DNA from: Promethearchaeota archaeon
GTDB lineage: Archaea; Asgardarchaeota; Lokiarchaeia; Sigyniarchaeales; SOKP01
NCBI GenBank assembly: GCA_011364975.1
Contig: RDOE01000077.1
Coordinates: 1-15,277, forward strand
Length of the DNA: 15,277 nt
Reading direction: 5' to 3'
Shown piece by piece: positions 1 through 8,271 of the stretch (position 1 is its first letter; each line of letters starts with the position of its first letter). The translations under genes and the position numbers were made by a program. The notes below the pieces were generated by a model, which did not search any database, was not told the DNA's origin, and saw only the letters and a list, made by a program, of their open reading frames with translations.

Positions 1-183
1 AAAAGAACCCGTTCGTTGAAAATTTTCGCATTTAATAATAACTTGTTTAGCGCCTGTTAATGAATTTAATGTTCTGCTTGTCATGATTGGTGTATTATTA
101 GTAACATATGACAATAATTTTGCGGCTTTTTTCACTTGTTTAAAAATTGGAATCGTCTCTTCTTCGGTGATTTTATCATAATT
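1..183 (-). CDS. 5' part of a PLP-dependent Ser/Thr dehydratase / serine racemase family enzyme (fold type II); runs off the left edge and is absent from the ORF track
   Basis: Manual translation of the minus strand gives ...ETIPIFKQVKKAAKLLSYVTNNTPIMTSRTLNSLTGAKQVIIKCENFQRTGSF. This matches the family pattern TP...K.ENxQxxGSF(K); the PLP lysine would be the next codon, outside the window. The frame is open from 183 to 1. The first canonical in-frame start is GTG at 135, so the true start is uncertain. Confidence 0.85.
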
Positions 184-340
184 TTATAATATTTTAATTT
201 CTATGTAAAAGTGGTTAGCATAATAAATTTATGTAATCTTAAAAAAAATACTTTTAAAATGCATAAATCAAGTAAAAGTAACTATTGTAGTTGAGAAATC
301 AAAGAAATTAGTTGATATACGATACAATTATCTAAAAAAA

Positions 341-1510
341 TTATTTTTCAATTACTATAGTATCATCTGTAGCATACTTAGCTAAAGCATGCTCATCGAG
401 CTTAACACCCCAACCAGATCCATTAGGAACTTTTGCCGTACCATCGCTATAATCTATTGGATTTTGTATCAAATCATCTTCTAACATTTCTTGTCCGAAT
501 AATTCTGTGGCATAATCGATTGAATAAAACTGAGCTGCATGGAAATGAATATGCATGGCTGATGCGATTCCTAATGGTTGATTATGTAAAACCACACCCA
601 ATCCCCTCATTTTAGCATAATTTAATGCTTTTAGGGCTTTTGATACTCCGCCTGGACGATCAGAATTTAATCCTAAGACTCTAACTGCTTTTAATTCTAC
701 TAGAGTAATGAAATCCTTTAAAGTGAAAAAACCTTCATGCGACATTAGGGGAGTATCTACTCGATTTTGCACAAAAGCCATTCCTACATAATCATCCGAT
801 CTAACTGGTTCTTCTACAAAATCTATATTATATGATTCAATTGCTTTTATTGCTTTCACAGCAACTTGGGGACTATATGCTTGGTTATAATCGACTCGAA
901 TTCTTATATTAAAACCTAAAGCTCTCCTAATTGCTTGAAGTATTTCGACATCCTTTTCTGGACTTTTACCAAGCTTTAATCTAAAAGAACGAAATCCTCT
1001 TCTATAATACGATCTAACTAAACCCTTCATAAACATAGGCTCACCGAGTGGTATTAAGGCGGCAATAGGAATCTTATCGACAATCTTGCCTCCTAATAAA
1101 TAACAAGCAGAAATATCTTTGATATGCCCCAGTAAATCATATAATGCCATATCAATCAAACCCTTGGCCGTTTCATTGCGTGCAAGATTAACATCCATTC
1201 TATAATTTATTTTTTCAATATTAAAAGGATTTTCACCCATCACATAATTCTTTAAACTATTTTTAATTGCATCGATAATTTGGTAAGGTGAAACGCCTGT
1301 TTCAGGTAACCATACAAAAGATTCTCCTAATCCTTCACTACCATCATTACTTATTAATCTGCATATTACAAAATCTCCACCAAGCCATGATTCTTGACTT
1401 CTAGAAGCCATTCCAAGACCACTATCAGCTTCTCCCATCGCCTTTATGACATAGTCTTTAAAGGGAACATGTAAAGGAGTAAGTTCTATTTTTTCGATTC
1501 TATAATTCAT
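341..1510 (-). CDS. Enolase-superfamily (mandelate racemase / muconate lactonizing enzyme group) protein with atypical catalytic residues
   Basis: Capping-domain motifs GxEGxGE and AKGLIDMALYDLLG. Barrel motifs RLKLG, RVDYNQ, FVEEP, MSHEG and TELFG, with a C-terminal PxGxGWGV. Confidence 0.9.
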   Translation of the reverse strand: MNYRIEKIELTPLHVPFKDYVIKAMGEADSGLGMASRSQESWLGGDFVICRLISNDGSEGLGESFVWLPETGVSPYQIIDAIKNSLKNYVMGENPFNIEKINYRMDVNLARNETAKGLIDMALYDLLGHIKDISACYLLGGKIVDKIPIAALIPLGEPMFMKGLVRSYYRRGFRSFRLKLGKSPEKDVEILQAIRRALGFNIRIRVDYNQAYSPQVAVKAIKAIESYNIDFVEEPVRSDDYVGMAFVQNRVDTPLMSHEGFFTLKDFITLVELKAVRVLGLNSDRPGGVSKALKALNYAKMRGLGVVLHNQPLGIASAMHIHFHAAQFYSIDYATELFGQEMLEDDLIQNPIDYSDGTAKVPNGSGWGVKLDEHALAKYATDDTIVIEK

Positions 1511-1583
1511 TATATATCTTCATTAATCGTTATAATATCATTAATGATCAAAAGTGAATTAAAGATTTTTCTAGCTAATTTTT

Positions 1584-1609
1584 AAAGAAAAAAGAAAAAA
1601 AGAAAAAAA
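1584..1609 (-). terminator. Oligo(T) intrinsic terminator candidate (T8-C-T6-C-T6-C-T3 on the minus strand)
   Basis: The tract lies immediately 3' of the TAA stop at 1610-1612. Oligo-T tracts are the typical archaeal terminator. Confidence 0.55.
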
Positions 1610-2380
1610 TTATTTTCGGAGTAATTTCAAACCAGTATACACTATACCTATAGCAACTACTATAACAGCTACTAAAGCGGTTATTGAGACTGTTGTATTC
1701 AATCCACTTTGCTTTAAATATATTCCTAAAACAGCCCATACAATTACTAGACTATAGACCCAGTCTTTTCTTAAAAACAACATCAAATAGGTTATAATCA
1801 CTGCTACAACTAATACTAAAACAGTTAGTAGTTCAGGGAGTAATCCAAAAGATTCAACGCCGGACACCACTAATACCGCTGTAACATTAGCAATTGTAGC
1901 TACTGTAATCCATCCTAAATAAACACTAAAAGGAGCATGTACCGCAATTTTTTCAGTTCTTGAGACTCCATTTTTTCCAATATCCAAGCGAATGTATATC
2001 AAAATTAACGAAATCAATATTATTAACATAGCTACTAAAGATAAGAGAACAAGTTTATAATGCCACAATAAAATCCAACTAAAATTAGCCACATTACTAA
2101 TAATAAAAATATAGCTAATTTTTCCTAAATAGGGCATTTCAATTTTTTCTGATTTAAAAATATCCCTTAATTGATATACTGAAAAAATTCCTAAAAGTAT
2201 GTATATTATTCCCCAGATCGAAAATGTAAGTCCTGCAGGCACAAATAAATTTGGAATATCATCAGACAATTGTTGTGTACTACCATATCCAAGTGGTAAA
2301 CTAATTGCTAAATAATTTATAATAACAACTGCTATGAAAGTAATCAAATTTAACCATTGCAATAATTTCTTGTTTATCAT
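1610..2380 (-). CDS. TspO/MBR-like (tryptophan-rich sensory) multi-pass membrane protein, long ~7-8 TM form
   Basis: Motifs NLFVPAGLTFSIWGIIY, ANFSWILLW and PFSVYLGWITVATIAN. The ATG at 2380 is preferred over the TTG at 2395. Confidence 0.75.
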   Translation of the reverse strand: MINKKLLQWLNLITFIAVVIINYLAISLPLGYGSTQQLSDDIPNLFVPAGLTFSIWGIIYILLGIFSVYQLRDIFKSEKIEMPYLGKISYIFIISNVANFSWILLWHYKLVLLSLVAMLIILISLILIYIRLDIGKNGVSRTEKIAVHAPFSVYLGWITVATIANVTAVLVVSGVESFGLLPELLTVLVLVVAVIITYLMLFLRKDWVYSLVIVWAVLGIYLKQSGLNTTVSITALVAVIVVAIGIVYTGLKLLRK

Positions 2381-2559
2381 ATTTTTTTCACACAAAAATT
2401 TTAGATTTGCTTAATTATTGTTAATTTTGAATGTATTTATGAATTCCTTCTATAAACTATAAATCCGAATTAGATTCATAAAATTAAAAATAGAACAACA
2501 TAGGTAAGAATTTATAAATATAATATATTAATTTGAAAAGAAGGTTTTTAATTTGAATT

Positions 2560-3246
2560 TCATAATATAATTTTCTCTATTAAAAAGAAAAAGAATGAGG
2601 CATTTCCAAGGTAAAGGATCATTATTATAAACGCATAGATAATTAAAATCCACATTTTTTTTGATTTTTCTCGAGAATAAAAATAAAACGTTGATAAACC
2701 TAACAAAATTTCTGGGAGAATAATATAAATTGCTAGATGATCAAAGATAAGGGTAACACTCTGCGGGTACCATGAATTCAAAAGCCACATGGATTGTTCT
2801 GCAATTCCAAAAATCAGCAAAGAACAAACTGTTACCGTAATAAATCCTTTCCTTTTTGAAGATAATTCTTCAACTTTTAACCCTATAAAACATATCATAA
2901 ATAATGGAATAGCCCATAAACCTAACATATAACCAGATACAGTTCCGATTTTAAATAATCCGTCCTCTGGAAAAATTAAAATATTAAGTTCAGCAGATAA
3001 AAACCAATCAGGGAATATTTGGAATACACTTATCATTAGTGTGAAAAACCAGAGCTTAATCCAGCCTTTATCTTTTCTGATTAAGCCAACTAATGCGACT
3101 AGAAGATTATAAACAATAACAAGTATGAATAACTTTATTCCAATAGGTAAAGGAATGGGGAGGGATAAAATCAATATACATACAGTTATAAAGATTAAGT
3201 GAACGATAATAAAATCTTTATCCTTCTTTGAAAATTTTTGAAACAT
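2560..3246 (-). CDS. Uncharacterised integral membrane protein (~6-7 TM)
   Basis: 228 aa and very hydrophobic, with conserved-looking polar motifs PDWFLS, GLWAIP, AEQ...W and PE. It lies 53 bp downstream of the EEP membrane protein on the same strand. Confidence 0.75.
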   Translation of the reverse strand: MFQKFSKKDKDFIIVHLIFITVCILILSLPIPLPIGIKLFILVIVYNLLVALVGLIRKDKGWIKLWFFTLMISVFQIFPDWFLSAELNILIFPEDGLFKIGTVSGYMLGLWAIPLFMICFIGLKVEELSSKRKGFITVTVCSLLIFGIAEQSMWLLNSWYPQSVTLIFDHLAIYIILPEILLGLSTFYFYSREKSKKMWILIIYAFIIMILYLGNASFFFFLIEKIIL

Positions 3247-3299
3247 AATATATAATTAAAATAAAAAATAAAATAATTTTTTGAATTTATTTTACTTTC

Positions 3300-5366
3300 T
3301 TAGAAAGGGCCTTCTAGATTCATATAGATACATGGATGATCTGCTGCAGATCCCCCCGTATAGGTGATATAAGAAATCGTTGAATTTAAATCAGCACTAA
3401 CGAAAAAATGATCGATTCGGCCATCAGGTACACGAGGAACCCATCCATCGGGGACATTTCCAATTTCTCTATCTGAAGGAGAGGCAGATTCCCAGCAATC
3501 GTATAATTGTGCTACGGTTATATTATATTGTTCTGTTCCAGGTTCAAAATTAAAATCCCCCATTAATATAACGTTTGTTAATCCACTAATTACTGATAAT
3601 ATATTTTCTTGTTGGACAATTTGTGAACTGTCCTCAGCAGGATCTTCATAATTTCCAAGATGGGTAACAAATATATTAAAAGTTGTACTTCCAACCCGTA
3701 TCTGAGCCCAGATAGTGGCTGCTTGTTCACCTTCACTCTCCATATAAAAAGTTTGTGGATTTTGTATTGGAAATTTAGAGAGTAGTGCTATTCCGAATGT
3801 TCCAGTAATTGTTTTAGGACCATAATAGGAATATAATCGTAGTCTATTACTTGCAAATCTAACAAAATCAGTATTTCCACTTGATACCCTACAGGTATCA
3901 GATTCCTGTAATCCAATAACATCTGCGTCTAATGAATTAAGTACTTGAAATTGGCCTTCAAAATTCTTATTAGCAAATTCATCAGCTCCTTGCTGGATAT
4001 TATATGAAATTAATGTTATATTGTTATTTGATGTAGTATGTACTCCAGGATATTCTAGAATGATGACTCCAATGATTGAGGTGAGTCCTAATGCTAAAAT
4101 AATAAGTGTTAATTTAGCTTTTTGCTTTATAATATTGATAGAAAGTGAAGAAAAAACTCTTGGTGCTTTCTTAATGATAAAAATTGGAGCAATAACAAAT
4201 ATTCCTACAATTAAAATTACTCCCCATATCATATCTCTAAAGATGGTCCCTATTAGAGGAATATAGTCCCAAACGATTGTAAAAACTGCTGAAAGTATTA
4301 TTATTAAGAAGAATCCTGATGAAATGAAAAAAGCACCACCAAGCTTTCGTATACTAGGTTTACCACTAAAAAGTTCTCTTGTAAAATACATTATATCGAT
4401 AATCAAAACGGGACTCAAAAAGATCATTATCATTAATAAAAGGTCATTCCAAGAACCAATTGAAGTCTGAAAATATGGATATGATTCTACAAATGCAAAT
4501 ATAACGGTATTAAATAGATATAGCAAGACTAAAGCCGTTATGAAAACAAAATTTAACAGAATTATAACCCAATTATTTAGTTTCATTAGTAAAAGTGGAT
4601 TTGAGGCAAAAAAAATCAAAAAAGCAATATTTACTAAGACTAATATTATTAGAATCAAACTATAATTACCTTCTACTAATCTTGCGATCACAGTAGGACT
4701 GCAAAATAAAAAATATATTAGAGTTAAAACACTCATCAACCCAAAACTTAACCCTAATACTTTCCATTTGCTGGCTGGACGTTCATAGACATCTGTCGCA
4801 ATTTTATCTTTCTCGCTCTCGTATTCGAGGGTTGGTGAGAAGGGAAGCATTAATCCAACTAACACAGCTAACACCCAACCAATCCACATAAACCATCCAG
4901 AAGTTGAAATATCTACAGAACTACCAAGAGTTCTTAACAATAGTGATAATAGAAGCGCGATCCCAAAAGAAAATCCTAGGATAAAACTATTTTTATCTAT
5001 ATTACTTTTTGATTTTTTATTTAAGTATATAGGGAAAAAAATCATAAAACAACCTACTCCAAGCCCTGTCATAATCATTTTAGGCTGAACGGTTAAGAAA
5101 GGATAAACTACTCTACAAACAATAATAATTTCACCAATTATTATAAAAAAGAACCTTGAAATCCCTTTTTTGAAGAATAATAATAATATTGGAGTTAACA
5201 AAAATAACACTGCTAACACATTTTCATTTATTTCAACTTCAATAAGATTTAAAGCATAAATAGATTCGATGAAATCTGATAATAACTGGAGAAAAAATAA
5301 GAAGATGACGCTAAATAAGGTTATTTCTGAATAAAGCTTTTTAAATGTTTTTTGATAGATTTCCAT
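3300..5366 (-). CDS. Multi-pass membrane protein with a C-terminal endonuclease/exonuclease/phosphatase (EEP) domain, Cwh43/PGAP2IP-like
   Basis: About 440 aa of hydrophobic N-terminal sequence (roughly a dozen TM helices), followed by EEP motifs SYNIQ, DVIGLQESD, GIALLSKFPI, THL, LMGDFN, RIDH and ADH. Confidence 0.85.
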   Translation of the reverse strand: MEIYQKTFKKLYSEITLFSVIFLFFLQLLSDFIESIYALNLIEVEINENVLAVLFLLTPILLLFFKKGISRFFFIIIGEIIIVCRVVYPFLTVQPKMIMTGLGVGCFMIFFPIYLNKKSKSNIDKNSFILGFSFGIALLLSLLLRTLGSSVDISTSGWFMWIGWVLAVLVGLMLPFSPTLEYESEKDKIATDVYERPASKWKVLGLSFGLMSVLTLIYFLFCSPTVIARLVEGNYSLILIILVLVNIAFLIFFASNPLLLMKLNNWVIILLNFVFITALVLLYLFNTVIFAFVESYPYFQTSIGSWNDLLLMIMIFLSPVLIIDIMYFTRELFSGKPSIRKLGGAFFISSGFFLIIILSAVFTIVWDYIPLIGTIFRDMIWGVILIVGIFVIAPIFIIKKAPRVFSSLSINIIKQKAKLTLIILALGLTSIIGVIILEYPGVHTTSNNNITLISYNIQQGADEFANKNFEGQFQVLNSLDADVIGLQESDTCRVSSGNTDFVRFASNRLRLYSYYGPKTITGTFGIALLSKFPIQNPQTFYMESEGEQAATIWAQIRVGSTTFNIFVTHLGNYEDPAEDSSQIVQQENILSVISGLTNVILMGDFNFEPGTEQYNITVAQLYDCWESASPSDREIGNVPDGWVPRVPDGRIDHFFVSADLNSTISYITYTGGSAADHPCIYMNLEGPF

Positions 5367-5390
5367 AATAATGATAGATTATTTTATAAG

Positions 5391-5402
5391 TATATAAATC
5401 TT
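5391..5402 (-). promoter_or_regulatory. Archaeal-type TATA box (AAGA-TTTATATA), probably driving a leaderless transcript of the EEP membrane-protein gene
   Basis: TTTATATA on the minus strand at 5398-5391, 25-32 nt upstream of the ATG at 5366. No SD motif is visible. A TTTATAA on the plus strand at 5383-5389 could serve the divergent gene. Confidence 0.5.
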
Positions 5403-5453
5403 AAAAAAAGAATACATAACAAATATCAAAAAAATAAAGTAAAATGAGAAATA

Positions 5454-6287
5454 ATGAGAGAAAAAATAAAACAATTAAGAGAAGAATTTAATGACCCTCA
5501 CTATTTAGTTGCTACGTCAGATGATAAAAGCTTGTTTTTAAGAGAGTGGAGCCCAGCAAAACCGAGTGATATTGTAATTCTAATTTTTCATGGAATAACT
5601 GCCCATAGTGGTCCCTATGCTGAGATGGCTAAAATCTTTAATAACCATGGCTATTCTGTTCTTGGGTTAGATTTAAGAGGACATGGATTATCTGATGGGA
5701 ATAGAGGAGATTATCCAAGTAAGGAGAGATTATTAAAAGACCTTGAAGAAGTAATCCAATTTGTAAAAACTAAATTTTCAAGAATAATTCTATTAGGTCA
5801 CAGTTTGGGAGTTATAACTTCTTTAATCGCATCCTATGAATGGATGGATCAAATAGATGGATTAATTCTTTTGAGTGCTGGAAAGGAAGTACGACCTGGA
5901 GTTTATAAAAAGATTTCATTAATGAAAAAATTAAAAATTGTTTTCAGTTCCCTTTTAAATCCCAACAAACCTGTTATTCACTATTATAGAGAAGGTATGC
6001 TAGGACTTGATGACCCGCTTTTTAATTTCAATTACACTTTCCGCTTCATGCGAATATTTGATGCAAAAAAATTGGAGCTTTCTAAAAAAATCCATCTTCC
6101 TATAATTCATGGTATTGGGGAAAATGATGAATTATTTTCAATCGAATCTGCTCAAGAATTGTTTAATCAAATTACAACGGATGATAAAGTATTTTTTATA
6201 ATGAAAGGAGCAAAACATGCTCTTGGATTTAGTGAAAAGTCTTTAGATGATCTGATAAATTGGATGAAAATTAAATTTAAACTCTAA
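5454..6287 (+). CDS. Alpha/beta hydrolase, lysophospholipase / monoacylglycerol lipase family
   Basis: Motifs IFHGITAHSGPY and DLRGHGLSDGxRG, nucleophile elbow GHSLG, acid residue in GENDEL, and His in GAKHA. Confidence 0.9.
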   Translation: MREKIKQLREEFNDPHYLVATSDDKSLFLREWSPAKPSDIVILIFHGITAHSGPYAEMAKIFNNHGYSVLGLDLRGHGLSDGNRGDYPSKERLLKDLEEVIQFVKTKFSRIILLGHSLGVITSLIASYEWMDQIDGLILLSAGKEVRPGVYKKISLMKKLKIVFSSLLNPNKPVIHYYREGMLGLDDPLFNFNYTFRFMRIFDAKKLELSKKIHLPIIHGIGENDELFSIESAQELFNQITTDDKVFFIMKGAKHALGFSEKSLDDLINWMKIKFKL

Positions 6288-6326
6288 ATTAATAATTATA
6301 ATTATTAATTAAGACGAGTAAGAAAA

Positions 6327-7166
6327 ATGAGTGATCTATTAAATATTTCGATAATTGGTGCGGGATTTACAGGTAAACAAATCGCGGAATGGACGCTACT
6401 TCATAATTTTAAAGTGTATATTTATGACGTAAAACAAGAAATTTTGGAAGATACTGAGAAATTTATAACTGGAAGCTTGAAAAGGAAAAAGAAGATGGAG
6501 TTAATTAATAATGTTATATACACTTCAGATTTATCCTTGGCAGTAAAAAACTCAGATTTAATAATTGAAGCCGTACCAGAAGATATAGGGTTAAAAAAAA
6601 AAGTTTTCTCTCAACTTGACAAACTAGCTCCGATCAATGCAATTATCGCAACCAATAGTTCTTCCTATCCGGTATCAATTATTGAAGATGCCGTATTACG
6701 CAAAGACAAAGTATTGAACATACATTTTTATCCCCCAATTTCATTGAGACCTATGGCGGATATAATGCGAGGAACGTTAACTAGTGATGAAACCTTCCAA
6801 AAAGGTAAAGAATGGATTGAAATGATCGGATGTGCTCCATTAGTAGTAAAAAAAGAATGTCGAGGATTTGTCTTTAATAGAATATGGAGAGCAGTAAAAA
6901 AGGAATGCATAGAAATGTGGGCAGGTGATTATGCGGATATCGAAGATATTGATACGGCTTGGAAGATATTTACAGGAATGAAAATGGGACCGTTTGTGTT
7001 GATGGATGCAATAGGATTAGATACGGTACTGGCCGTTGAGCAATCTTATTATCAAGAAACAAAGGATTTACGAGATAAACCACCTAAAGCTTTTGAAGAA
7101 ATGGTTATGAGAGGAGAAATTGGAATGAAAACGGGAAAAGGTTTTTATCAATGGAAAAAATCTTGA
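6327..7166 (+). CDS. 3-hydroxyacyl-CoA dehydrogenase family, NAD-dependent
   Basis: Rossmann GAGFTG, followed by IIEAVPED, ATNSSS, HF, GFVFNRI, MGPFxLMDxIGLD and GxKTGKGFY. Confidence 0.92.
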   Translation: MSDLLNISIIGAGFTGKQIAEWTLLHNFKVYIYDVKQEILEDTEKFITGSLKRKKKMELINNVIYTSDLSLAVKNSDLIIEAVPEDIGLKKKVFSQLDKLAPINAIIATNSSSYPVSIIEDAVLRKDKVLNIHFYPPISLRPMADIMRGTLTSDETFQKGKEWIEMIGCAPLVVKKECRGFVFNRIWRAVKKECIEMWAGDYADIEDIDTAWKIFTGMKMGPFVLMDAIGLDTVLAVEQSYYQETKDLRDKPPKAFEEMVMRGEIGMKTGKGFYQWKKS

Positions 7167-7197
7167 ATCTGCATTTTTTAGCTTAAAATGTTTACGA

Positions 7198-8133
7198 TTA
7201 TGCGTTTAAGAATAGAACCATTATCCATAGAAGAATGAAACTAATTATCATAGATAGATTAACGAGCATTGTTATTAATTTTTGTTCGTAATTGAATTCG
7301 ACAGAAAATGGAATAACTGCTAATCCTACGGGAAGTATTAGGGATAATGTGATCATGATCCGAAAAAGAAAACTAAATTGTTCCTGCGGGAAAAAGGTAA
7401 AAATGAAGAAACCAGCAATTAAACCCATTCCGTATCTCAAGACTAATATTTTTAAAATGTTTAACCATTCATTTTTATCAAATTTGAAATTTAAAAAAAC
7501 TCCAAGCAATAACAAAACTAAAGCGGAGTTAGCCCTAGCAAGAAGGTCAATTAAGTCCGTTAATAAAGTAGGAATCACTAAATTCGTAAAATTTATCGTC
7601 AAAGCAACTATGTAGCTTATTAAAGGGGTAGACCTTATCAATCGGTTAAATATATATCTTAAATTAATAGTTCTCTGTTCTTCCTGATTTTTTGGAGAGT
7701 ATATTGAACCTATAAGATAACATAAAACGAAAATACTAAAAGCATTTCCTGCGTCGATTAAGGCAATATAAGGCATACCCGCATCTCCCCATATTCCCTC
7801 AACTAAGGGAAAACTGAAATTAGCAATATTAAAACCTACCATTGTCATAATTAAAGCCCCCTTTAAATTTCTAGGATATTTTCTAAACGATAAGAATCCT
7901 AATAAAGCCATGAAAGTACTGAATATGATACTTATTAATGGTAATAAAATGTATGAAATGTTGATATCAACCGAACTAGTGAATTTTAAGATAGTAGCTG
8001 GTAATGTGATGTTGAAAATTAATTTGGATATTACAAAGCCATTCTCTTCTTTTAATACCTTTACCCTTTTTAAAATGTATCCGATTCCAATTATTACTAG
8101 TGTTATAATAAAAGTTGTATTTACATCTGACAC
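7198..8133 (-). CDS. AEC (auxin efflux carrier / malate permease) family transporter
   Basis: About 10 TM helices with typical elements: N-terminal IGIGYILKR...IFNITLPA, N..F.FP...GIWG, and a P..LLLLG-type segment in the second repeat. GTG start. Confidence 0.85.
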   Translation of the reverse strand: MSDVNTTFIITLVIIGIGYILKRVKVLKEENGFVISKLIFNITLPATILKFTSSVDINISYILLPLISIIFSTFMALLGFLSFRKYPRNLKGALIMTMVGFNIANFSFPLVEGIWGDAGMPYIALIDAGNAFSIFVLCYLIGSIYSPKNQEEQRTINLRYIFNRLIRSTPLISYIVALTINFTNLVIPTLLTDLIDLLARANSALVLLLLGVFLNFKFDKNEWLNILKILVLRYGMGLIAGFFIFTFFPQEQFSFLFRIMITLSLILPVGLAVIPFSVEFNYEQKLITMLVNLSMIISFILLWIMVLFLNA

Positions 8134-8271
8134 AGTTTTAAGCTCAAGATATCCTAATTAAAATATATAAATTAATTAATCAATGATTTTAGTAGTTATC
8201 TTTTTCAAATGTGCTATATATATTAAAATTACATTTCTAACCCAAAATAAATTTATATAAGGTTATTAATT

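Noticed and set aside
3300-4050. EEP domain as a DNA nuclease of a defence or retroelement system
   Set aside because: It is fused to a polytopic membrane domain with Cwh43-like motifs, and no RT, helicase, methylase or mobile genes are nearby.
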